Made by a program: the position numbers and the translations under genes. A stretch of 63,829 bases of DNA from positions 1 through 63,829 of the forward strand of contig JBDHVB010000002.1 of NCBI GenBank assembly GCA_039809465.1. Reading direction: 5' to 3'. This DNA is from Myxococcota bacterium (GTDB lineage Bacteria; Myxococcota; XYA12-FULL-58-9; JALHOP01). The notes below the pieces were generated by a model that saw only the letters and a program-made list of their open reading frames with translations, had not been told where the DNA came from and did no database searches. This document shows, one piece after another, positions 1-7,918 of this stretch (its first letter is position 1; each line of letters starts with the position of its first letter).

Positions 1-1710
1 TCCCGCGCGATGCCGTACTTCTCGCGGATGATGCCCAGAACCTCGGCTTGCTTCACGGTGTCGATCCCGAGGTCGGCCTCGAGCTGATACGTCGGCTCGA
101 GATCGGCGAGATCGTAGCCGGTCTTCTCGGCGAACAGTTTCTGCAACTCACCGAGCAGCTCGGTGGCATCCATCTTCGCGTTACTCACGACACTCTCCGA
201 GCTCACAGCCGCTTTAGCGGTGTAGCCAGCGGAAGCGGTCTGCACCGCACCCTTATTCTTCGAACCATCGCCGACGCTGACGGCCGCGCCGGGCACGTGC
301 TCTTCGAGCACTGCATGGAAGTTGATGCCGCCGAAGCCGAACGAGCTGACGCCGGCACGGCGCACACCGTTCGATTCCCACGGACGCGTCTTGGTGTTGA
401 CCGCGAGGTAACCCTCGTTGAGCGCCGAGCTGGGCGGCGCCTGCGTGTAACCAGCGGACGGCGGCAGCACCTTCTCGTGCAGCGCCTTGGCGGTCTTGAT
501 GAGCGAGGCCACGCCGGCCGCCGCCTTCAAGTGACCAATCATCGACTTGACCGAGCCGACCGGCACACCGCGCGGCTGTCCGCCATTGCGGAGAAGCTCG
601 GTGATGACGCCGATCTCGGTTTGATCGCCGACGACCGTCGAGGTGCCGTGGGCTTCGAACAAGCCAATCGATTGGACGTCGACGGCGGCGTCGGCATAGG
701 CGCGCTCGAGCGCGAGACGCTGCCCCTTCGGGTTCGGCGCCATGATGCCCTTGCCCTTGCCGTCGGACGAGCCGCCCACGCCACAGATGACGGCGTAGAC
801 CTTGTCACCGTCGCGCTCGGCGTCCTCGAGGCGCTTCAAGATGACGCAGCCCACGCCCTCGCCCATCACGAAGCCGTCGGCGCCGGCGTCGAACGGCGCC
901 GACTTCTCGGCCGAGAGCGCGCCGATCTTCGAGAACTTCACGTACGCCGGCGGATCCATCATCTGATCGGCGCCGCCGACCACGGCCATGTCGACGTCGC
1001 CCATGCGCAGGAGATCGATGCCGGTCTTGAGCGCGGCCATCGACGAAGCGCAGGCGGCGTCGGTGGTGAAGTTCGGGCCGTTCAAGTCGAGCGAGTTGGC
1101 GATGCGGCCCGTGATGCAGTTCGAGAGCTCGCCGGCCATCGAGTCTTCGGTGACGGTCGGGAGCGCCGCCTTGTAGGACTTCTCGAGCTGCTCGAGGATC
1201 TCTTTACGCTGGTCGTTCGCGAGCTTCTGCATCGCCGGCGTACCGAGCAACGCTTTAGCGGCCAGTGGGAACCAGCACCGCATGCTGGTGCGGTCTTCTT
1301 GCTCGCCGCCCATCGCGTTGCCCATGATGGTGGCGACGCGGCTGCGGTCGAACGACTTGCCTTGGCCCGAGCCGGGGATGGCTTCGAGGCCAGCGTCCTC
1401 GAGCGCCTCGGCGACGACGGTGAGGGCGATGCGCTGGATGGTGTCGATGGCGCCCAAGGTCGCGGGCGGGATGCGGAAGCGCTTCGCGTCGAAGGTGAAG
1501 TCGCGCAGCCAGCCACCGATGCGGCTGTACGTCTTGTCGGGCGCGGCGCGGTCGGCGGACCAGAAGAGCTCGGGATCCCAGCGGTCCTTCGGCACGTCGC
1601 TGATGGCGACGTGGCCATCGAGGATGTTCTTCCAGAAGGTCTTGGCGTTGCCGGCGTCCGGGAAAATGCCACCCATACCGATGATGGCGATCTTAGCGCG
1701 CGCTTGGCTC
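1..1710 (-). CDS. Type I PKS / PUFA-synthase-like protein, N-terminal part (ketosynthase domain followed by a carrier-protein-like domain); 3' end runs off the left edge
   Basis: Own minus-strand translation; it is absent from the ORF track because it has no in-window stop. GTG at 1710 is preceded by AAGGAG. Sequence: VSQARAKIAIIGMGGIFPDA..., active site DAACASS, EAHGTST, KSMIGHLKAAAG, SSFGFGGINFHAVLEEH. A short linker follows, then MDATELLGELQKLF...LEADLGIDTVKQAEVLGIIREKYGI. The 633-aa + ORF 48..1949 is its antisense shadow. Confidence 0.85.
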
Positions 1711-1908
1711 ACGAAACCTTCTCCTTGCGAATGCTGCCTGAACCGCCCCCCGGAGTTTCCCGGAACGGCGGCGGCGTCCTAACACTGAAATTTCGACTTG
1801 CCCACTGCGGACGAACACGTCTCCCACCCGCTTCAAGGCCGACCAGCCATCAGCGGACGGGAGGAGCTCACGGCGGCGCACCATACTGCCGCCCGAGCGT
1901 ATCTTTAA

Positions 1909-1931
1909 GTTTTCGGCACGAGGCCAAAAAC
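1909..1931 (-). terminator. Stem-loop immediately after the stop of the small ORF 1933..2112 (terminator-like)
   Basis: Minus-strand GTTTTTGGC-ctcgt-GCCGAAAAC gives a 9-bp stem with one G.U pair. It starts 2 nt after the TAA stop and is followed by TT. No long U tract. Confidence 0.3.
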
Positions 1932-1932
1932 C

Positions 1933-2112
1933 TTAGTTCTTCCGGCTAACTCCCCAGCCACTCTTGGCCACGGCGGCAGGCGAGCTGCGCCACGCGGTGC
2001 GCGCCCAGGGGCTCTTCTCGAGGGTGAGACGGCGGGCCTTCGGGGCCTCGGCAACGACGAAGCTGGGGGTCTGCTCGGCGCTCTTGTCGGTCTTGAGGTG
2101 CGTACGCTGCAT
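1933..2112 (-). CDS. Possible small basic protein (59 aa), function unknown
   Basis: Sub-ORF of track ORF 1933..2415(-): MQRTHLKTDKSAEQTPSFVVAEAPKARRLTLEKSPWARTAWRSSPAAVAKSGWGVSRKN. By hand inspection nearly all codons end in G/C, the coding-like pattern for this genome. A hairpin follows the stop. No clear SD and no recognisable family. Confidence 0.3.
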   Translation of the reverse strand: MQRTHLKTDKSAEQTPSFVVAEAPKARRLTLEKSPWARTAWRSSPAAVAKSGWGVSRKN

Positions 2113-2275
2113 GGTGGGTCTCAACAGTCCTCGCATCTTGCGACCACGGGGGGAACCATTAGCTCGTGGCAGCACAGACGTCGCTCGTTGGTGTTCGTCC
2201 GCCTTCAAGCAACCTTCGGGCCGTTTTCGGCCAGCGCACACCATTTCACCAAAACCCAAACAGTGGCGAGCACTT

Positions 2276-2300
2276 AAGAATGCACCGGGTGGTTTCTTGG
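2276..2300 (+). repeat. Single copy of the dispersed 24-nt repeat family (AAGAATGCACCGGGTGGTTTCTTGG)
   Basis: Direct match to the consensus seen at 7 other loci. It is followed by ACCGGTGC, which can pair with GCACCGG (7-bp stem). Lies in the roughly 900-bp divergent region between the PKS-like gene and the bactofilin genes. Confidence 0.85.
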
Positions 2301-2618
2301 ACCGGTGCGCAGGGCTGGGAGTGAGAAGTGCCCTACGCACCTCCCTTGATTTTCCAACGCGGAGTGCGAACGCGGGTACGCACCCACCAACACCCTCGAT
2401 CGGACATACACACACGTCACACCCCGCGGCTTGTTCCTCCTTCGTCGGCGCCGCTGTCGAGTTCGTCGCAAAAAACGACGACGAACCCGACGGCAGGCCC
2501 CAAGGGCTCTCCGAAAGATCCGTGTTTGCGCCACGAAACGCTTTTTGACTCGACCCTCGACTCCCGAGTACCGTGCGCGACCGCGTAGTTAACGACGTCT
2601 TTTAGGAGCTTACGCATC

Positions 2619-2963
2619 ATGGCTGACGCGCCGTGCATCATCGGCAAGGGCATTCAGATCCGCGGAAATCTCTCGGGCTCGGGCGACCTGGTCATTGAAG
2701 GTCGGGTCGAGGGCCACATCGCTCTGCAGGACCACGTGACCGTCGAAGAGAGCGGCACCGTCGTGGCGGACATCGAGTCCCAGGATCTCACGGTCAACGG
2801 CAAGATGAGCGGCAACATCGAAGCGTCGGACCGCGTGTCGATCTCGAGCAGCGCCACGGTCCGCGGCGACGTCCGCGCGCCCCGCGTGGTCATCGAGGAT
2901 GGTGCACGCTTTCGCGGAAACATCGAAATGGATGTTCCGCTGCCCCCCGGCCTGCTCAAGTAA
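2619..2963 (+). CDS. Bactofilin (DUF583) family cytoskeletal protein, copy 1
   Basis: 114 aa. Typical bactofilin beta-helix pattern: IIGKGIQIRGNLSGSGDLVIEGRVEGHI...VRGDVRAPRVVIEDGARFRGNIEM. GGAG lies upstream of the ATG. Confidence 0.9.
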   Translation: MADAPCIIGKGIQIRGNLSGSGDLVIEGRVEGHIALQDHVTVEESGTVVADIESQDLTVNGKMSGNIEASDRVSISSSATVRGDVRAPRVVIEDGARFRGNIEMDVPLPPGLLK

Positions 2964-3005
2964 CCAGTCGCAACGAACCCTAGAACCCTCTCAAGGAACT
3001 CCAAA

Positions 3006-3320
3006 GTGGCGAACACCATCATCGGCAGCTCGATTGTCATCGACGGCGAGATCACGGGCGACGAGGACTTGGTCATCCAAGGCACCGTCAAAGGAAAGAT
3101 CCAGCTCAAGGAGAGCCTCTACGTCGAGTCCTCGGGCGTCGTCGAAGCGGACATCGAGACCCAGAACGTCGAGGTCAGCGGCCAGGTCACCGGCAACATG
3201 ACCGCCTCGGACAAGGTCGAGCTCAAGAGCCAGTGCCGCATGATCGGCGACATCAAAGCCCCGCGAATCCTCATCGCCGACGGCGCCTCGTTCAAGGGCA
3301 ACGTCGACATGGACGTGTGA
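3006..3320 (+). CDS. Bactofilin family protein, copy 2
   Basis: 104 aa, GTG start. IIGSSIVIDGEITGDEDLVIQGTVKGKI...MIGDIKAPRILIADGASFKGNVDM. Paralogous to the neighbouring genes. Confidence 0.9.
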   Translation: MANTIIGSSIVIDGEITGDEDLVIQGTVKGKIQLKESLYVESSGVVEADIETQNVEVSGQVTGNMTASDKVELKSQCRMIGDIKAPRILIADGASFKGNVDMDV

Positions 3321-3328
3321 GCTAGGAA

Positions 3329-3934
3329 ATGGCTGACAACGCGTCGACCATCGTTGGTCCATCGATCCTCATCAACGGTAACCTCCAGGGTGACGAGGAT
3401 CTCACCGTGCTCGGCCGCGTCGAGGGCAACATCAGCCTCACGCGCACGCTGCACGTCGAAGAATCGGGCATCGTCAAAGCCGACATCCAAGTGCGCAACG
3501 CCGTCGTGAGCGGCGTCGTCGTCGGCAACATCACCGCCACGGACAGCGTCGAGATCACCGACGCCGGCCGCATGGTCGGTGACATCAAGGCCCCGCGCGT
3601 CATCATCGTCGACGGCGCCCGCTTTCGCGGAGCAGTCGACATGGGCGATCTCGATGCGCCGCGCGCGACCGGTGAGCTGCCCGCCCGCAAGGTCGGCGCC
3701 CTCACCCGCACGTCGAGCCAGAGCTCGCTCCCGGCGCGTAAGCCGATGCCTGCTCCGGTGCGCGCGCAAACGCCGATGCGCAGCTCGGCCCCGATCTCGG
3801 CTGGCATCCGCCGCGACGCGCCCATCGGCGCCAAGTCGTCGGAAGACGAGACCCGCGCCATCGGCGCCCGCCAGGCTCCGGTGCTCGCCGGCAAGAAGCT
3901 CAAGAAGAAAGTCGTCGTCAAAAAGAAAGTCTAA
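3329..3934 (+). CDS. Bactofilin family protein, copy 3, with long disordered basic C-terminal tail
   Basis: 201 aa. The bactofilin core is IVGPSILINGNLQGDEDLTVLGRVEGNI...MVGDIKAPRVIIVDGARFRGAVDM. A Pro/Ala/Arg-rich tail follows, ending KKLKKKVVVKKKV. Confidence 0.9.
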   Translation: MADNASTIVGPSILINGNLQGDEDLTVLGRVEGNISLTRTLHVEESGIVKADIQVRNAVVSGVVVGNITATDSVEITDAGRMVGDIKAPRVIIVDGARFRGAVDMGDLDAPRATGELPARKVGALTRTSSQSSLPARKPMPAPVRAQTPMRSSAPISAGIRRDAPIGAKSSEDETRAIGARQAPVLAGKKLKKKVVVKKKV

Positions 3935-3977
3935 GCAGGTGTTGTGTGCCCGCTTTCCCAGGCACTAAAACATCCGC

Positions 3978-4556
3978 ATGGACGACTTGCGAGCGGCGCG
4001 CGCGCGCCTGCTCACCCTCTTGAAAGAACGCTCGTGGCGGCGCGGCCCTGTCGTGCTCGCCTCGGGACGTACCAGCGACTTCTATCTCGACTGCAAGCAG
4101 ACCGCCTTGTCCGCCGAGGGCGCGTACCTCATCGGCAAGCTGGTCTTCGAGCACGTACGCGAGCTGCGTAAGCAAGGTCACACCATCGACGGCGTCGGTG
4201 GCCTCACCTTGGGCGCCGATCCCATCGCGGTGGCCGCGGCGGTCACGAGCCAAGCGGCGGGCGAGCCCGTGCAAGCCTTCATCATCCGCAAGGAGCCCAA
4301 GGGCCACGGCACCGGCGCCTGGATGGAAGGCAGCAACATGCTCCCCGAGGGCTCCAAGGTCCTCATCGTCGAGGACGTCGTCACCACCGGCGGCTCGTCG
4401 CGCAAGGCCATCGAGCGCGCCGTGCTCTCGGGCCTCACGCCAATCGCCCTCTTTTGCTTGGTCGACCGCGAAGAAGGCGGTCGCGCCGCTCTAGCGGACA
4501 CCAAGCTCCCCATGACCTCGCTGTTCACCCGCAGCGATTTCTTCGCGGAGCCCTGA
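3978..4556 (+). CDS. pyrE: Orotate phosphoribosyltransferase
   Basis: 192 aa. LASGRTSDFYLDCKQ..., PRPP-binding motif VLIVEDVVTTGGS. Confidence 0.9.
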   Translation: MDDLRAARARLLTLLKERSWRRGPVVLASGRTSDFYLDCKQTALSAEGAYLIGKLVFEHVRELRKQGHTIDGVGGLTLGADPIAVAAAVTSQAAGEPVQAFIIRKEPKGHGTGAWMEGSNMLPEGSKVLIVEDVVTTGGSSRKAIERAVLSGLTPIALFCLVDREEGGRAALADTKLPMTSLFTRSDFFAEP

Positions 4557-4559
4557 CGC

Positions 4560-5222
4560 TTGCGCGGCCGTACCCTCCTCCTCCTGCTGCTCACGCCGCT
4601 GTTCGCGTGCACCAAACCCCAGCCCCCGCAGGCTGGCCGCTACGACGCCGCTGGCACCGACGTGCAGCCGGCGGACTATCCGCACGTGCTCGCGAGCTGG
4701 ACGCGCGACAACCGTCTCTACAACGGCCTCGAGAACAAGGTCTTCGTCACCTCGGTGTTCCTGACGCCAGAGCTGCGTACGGCGGTGCGCACGACCTATC
4801 CCGACGTCATCGGCCATGGCGGAACGGTGACACGCGACGAGCTCGCCACGGCCGCGGGTAGCGATCTCGTGTTCTTCGTCAGCATGTACACGGCGGACCG
4901 CAAGTGGAACGACCTGCAGACGCCGACCTCGATCTGGAAGATCACGGTGAAGGGCGATTCGGAGGTCGCCCCAGCGAGCATCCAGAAGATCCGCCCCGAC
5001 GAGAACCTGCGCACCATCTTCCCTTTCATCGGCCGCTACGACGAGTGCTACCTGATGCGCATCCCCGCCGGGGACGGCGCGATCATCGGTGGCGCGACCG
5101 ACGCGGTCACCCTGCGCTTCGCCAGTGGCCTCGGTGAGACCTCGCTCGACTGGCAGCTCGCCCGCGGTGCCCAGCCCGTACCCACCACGGGTGAGCCGCC
5201 GATGGCGCCGGCTGTCCGCTGA
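4560..5222 (+). CDS. Hypothetical lipoprotein
   Basis: 220 aa, TTG start 4 nt after the pyrE stop. Signal peptide MRGRTLLLLLLTPLFAC with a lipobox Cys. No recognisable domain. Confidence 0.7.
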   Translation: MRGRTLLLLLLTPLFACTKPQPPQAGRYDAAGTDVQPADYPHVLASWTRDNRLYNGLENKVFVTSVFLTPELRTAVRTTYPDVIGHGGTVTRDELATAAGSDLVFFVSMYTADRKWNDLQTPTSIWKITVKGDSEVAPASIQKIRPDENLRTIFPFIGRYDECYLMRIPAGDGAIIGGATDAVTLRFASGLGETSLDWQLARGAQPVPTTGEPPMAPAVR

Positions 5223-5296
5223 AGCGCACTGTCCTCTAAAGCGGTCACACGCAGAGACGCAGACCGTTGCGCGCGCGAGGGCGATGGCTTCTCGCG

Positions 5297-5743
5297 CTAC
5301 AAGTGCTTCAACAAGAAGTCCGCGAGCATGTCCTCGGGCTCGCCGAACGAGCTGCCGGCCTTGGCGGGCTCTGGCTCCGTGGGCACGGGGGCCGGAGGGG
5401 CGGATGGAGGCGCGGGTGCGACACTCTTGGCGTTGCCGAGGAAGCCCTCTTCGCACTGGTACGCCGTGTCGCCGATGATGAGGCTCCCTTGGAAGTGCTC
5501 GGCGCCGGCCGCCGTGGCCTGCTCCACCGAGAGGACGGCGCCCATCCAGCCGTTCACGTCGTCGCCCGAGAGCAGCTGGGTGACGCGGACGGCGGGTGCG
5601 AGCTTGTAGGAGGTGTTCTGCTCGAAGATCGTCAGGACGTCTTCTTCGAACAGCACTTCACCGTCATCGATCCACTGCTCGATCATTTCGTGCGTAAAGA
5701 ACAGCGGACCGGCCACGTTGCTTTCCCTCGTACCCGCCCGCAT
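5297..5743 (-). CDS. Hypothetical protein (acidic, Pro-rich C-terminal half)
   Basis: 148-aa ORF with coding-like composition, divergent from trxA. An alternative GTG or ATG start lies downstream (VAGPLFF... or MIEQWIDDGEV...). No family recognised. Confidence 0.55.
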   Translation of the reverse strand: MRAGTRESNVAGPLFFTHEMIEQWIDDGEVLFEEDVLTIFEQNTSYKLAPAVRVTQLLSGDDVNGWMGAVLSVEQATAAGAEHFQGSLIIGDTAYQCEEGFLGNAKSVAPAPPSAPPAPVPTEPEPAKAGSSFGEPEDMLADFLLKHL

Positions 5744-5806
5744 AGTAGTGGAACGAGTTAAACCGCGCCAGCATCAAGCCTGGCTCCACGCGGGAAGAGC
5801 ATACCC

Positions 5807-6136
5807 ATGGCAGAAGGCATCCTTAACCTCACCGACAGCGACTTCGACTCCAAGGTCATCAAGGCCGAACGCCCCGTTCTGGTCGACTTCTGGGCCGAAT
5901 GGTGCGCTCCGTGCCGCGCCCTGACCCCCATCGTCGAGGACGTGGCGAAGCAGTTCTCGGGCAAAATCGACGTCGCGAAGATGAACATCGACGAGCACCC
6001 CGAGGCCCCCGGCCGCTACGCCGTGCGCGCCATTCCGACCTTGCTGGTCTTCAAGGGCGGCAACGTCGTCGATCAGATCGTCGGCCTCGTCTCGAAGGCC
6101 AAGCTCGAGCAAGTCCTGGCCAAGCACGTAGCTTAG
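5807..6136 (+). CDS. trxA: Thioredoxin
   Basis: 109 aa. VLVDFWAEWCAPCR redox motif (WCAPC variant of WCGPC) and a typical thioredoxin length. Confidence 0.9.
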   Translation: MAEGILNLTDSDFDSKVIKAERPVLVDFWAEWCAPCRALTPIVEDVAKQFSGKIDVAKMNIDEHPEAPGRYAVRAIPTLLVFKGGNVVDQIVGLVSKAKLEQVLAKHVA

Positions 6137-6280
6137 GGGCTGTCCCTCATCCCCATTGCACGCGCAGCGCGGGTCTGTGCACACGAGCAAGGTTGCCATC
6201 CCTTCGCAGCGTGAAGATCTGTGAAGCTCGACGGCCCGTCAGCCCCCGCGCGTAGCCAGCTCGGTGGTGAAAGCCCCCGC

Positions 6281-7918
6281 CTACACAACACGCCGTCGTA
6301 GGTGCACGTTCAGCACGATGCCGATGGCGGCGAGCTTGGCGATGAGGCTCGAGCCGCCGTACGAGAAGAACGGCAGCGTGAGGCCGACGACCGGCAAGAC
6401 GCCGATGACCATGCCGACGTTGACGATCGCCTCCCAAAAGAGGCCCGCTCCCAATCCCGCCGCGAGCAGCGCGCCATAGGGCTCGCGCGCGTCGGCCGCG
6501 ACGCTGAAGATGATGACGAGCAAGGCCACGTACATGGCGATGAGCACGGCGCAGCCCACGAAGCCCTGCTCCTCCGCCCAGACGCTGAAGGCAAAGTCGG
6601 TGTGCTGCTCGGGGAGGAACGACAGCTGCGTCTGCGTGCCTTCCATGTGACCCTTGCCGAGCCAACGCCCCGAGCCGACCGCGATCATGGACTGGACGGC
6701 GTTCCACCCCGAGCCCTGGATGTCGTTCTGCGGGTCGATGAACGTGAGGATGCGGCGCTTCTGGTAGTCCTTGAGCACCCCAAACCAGGCGACCCCAGAG
6801 AACGCGGTGCCCAAGATCGCCAGCATGATGATCGTCCGCAGCCGCACGCCCACGATGAGCACCATGGTGAGACCGGTGCAGAAGATGACGATGGCGTTGT
6901 CGAGGTCCGGCTGCATGGCGACGAGCGCGGCGGGCACGGCCATGATGTCGATGGGCGCGACCAGGATGTCGGTGAGAGAGCTCGCGCCGCGGCGGATCGC
7001 GAGGATCGAGCCGACGAGGTACGTGACGCCCAAGCTCACGAGGCCCGCGCGCAGCCACCAGCTGTTGGTGAGCTCGGCGTGCGAGCCACCGGGAGCGCCT
7101 GCTTCGTTGAGCGCGTTGATGAGGAAGGCGATAGGGTCGCGCACCAGCGGCGCGTTCCACGACATGCCGAGCCACACCGACAAGGCGGCGCCCATGACGG
7201 CGATGAGGATGAGCAGGCGGCGGCGGCGCGTGCGTGGCCACGGGTTCAAGAGCGCCTGACTGCGCTCGATGCGCAGGACCACCGCGACCGCGATGGCGGT
7301 GATGGCGACGACGCCCAGCGCCAGGACGACGCGGAACCAATCGAGGTCCGCGGGCTCGACGCGCGCCGTGCCCATGCGGGCGTGCACCAAGCGCGCGAGC
7401 TCGCCGATGGGATCGGCCAGGACCGGCTTGTTCCAGAACGCCGCGATGCCCGCCAAGACCGCCAGGGGCCGCGAGGGATTGAGTGGCCGCAATAACGACA
7501 GCAGCGTGTACCCGTCGGGCACGACACGCGTGCTCAAGTAGCGCGACATGCCGAAGACGATGGCGAGCTTGGCGAACTCGCTGGGCTGGAACTGGAATGG
7601 CCCGAGCATGAGCCAGCGCTGCGCTCCCTTGGCGTGGTGGCCGTGCATGATGACGCCGACCAGCAGCAGACAAAACACGCAGTAGACCGCGTAGGCGATG
7701 CTCTCGCTCACCCGGTAGTCGGGGATGAGCAGCAGCGCGGCGAAGGCGATGCCCAGGCCCATGAACTTGAGCTGCTGCAAATAGAGGCCGGGAGACTCCG
7801 CGGCGGCGGCCGAGTGCAAGTTGTAAACGCCGAGGAGCGACACGAAGAGGACGGCGAGCGCGAGCGGCCAGTTGAACGCGGAGAGGCTGAGTCCGCTACG
7901 GCGGATGTTCGAGCTCAT
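6281..7918 (-). CDS. rodA: Rod-shape peptidoglycan glycosyltransferase RodA (FtsW/RodA/SpoVE family), unusually long
   Basis: Residues 359-903 of track ORF 6281..8992(-): MSSNIRRSGLSLSAFNWPLALAVLFVSLLGVYNL... ...FLPEQHTDFAFSVWAEEQGFVG...LPFFSYGGSS. The ATG overlaps the mrdA stop by 4 nt (ATGA). The first 358 aa of the track ORF are an out-of-frame overlap with mrdA. Confidence 0.88.
   Translation of the reverse strand: MSSNIRRSGLSLSAFNWPLALAVLFVSLLGVYNLHSAAAAESPGLYLQQLKFMGLGIAFAALLLIPDYRVSESIAYAVYCVFCLLLVGVIMHGHHAKGAQRWLMLGPFQFQPSEFAKLAIVFGMSRYLSTRVVPDGYTLLSLLRPLNPSRPLAVLAGIAAFWNKPVLADPIGELARLVHARMGTARVEPADLDWFRVVLALGVVAITAIAVAVVLRIERSQALLNPWPRTRRRRLLILIAVMGAALSVWLGMSWNAPLVRDPIAFLINALNEAGAPGGSHAELTNSWWLRAGLVSLGVTYLVGSILAIRRGASSLTDILVAPIDIMAVPAALVAMQPDLDNAIVIFCTGLTMVLIVGVRLRTIIMLAILGTAFSGVAWFGVLKDYQKRRILTFIDPQNDIQGSGWNAVQSMIAVGSGRWLGKGHMEGTQTQLSFLPEQHTDFAFSVWAEEQGFVGCAVLIAMYVALLVIIFSVAADAREPYGALLAAGLGAGLFWEAIVNVGMVIGVLPVVGLTLPFFSYGGSSLIAKLAAIGIVLNVHLRRRVV

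Noticed and set aside
48-1949. 633-aa + strand ORF, the longest ORF at the left edge
   Set aside because: Its composition is Arg/Ala/Gly/His-rich and low-complexity. The opposite strand encodes an unmistakable ketosynthase (DAACASS, GFGGINFH). It is an antisense shadow ORF typical of high-GC DNA.
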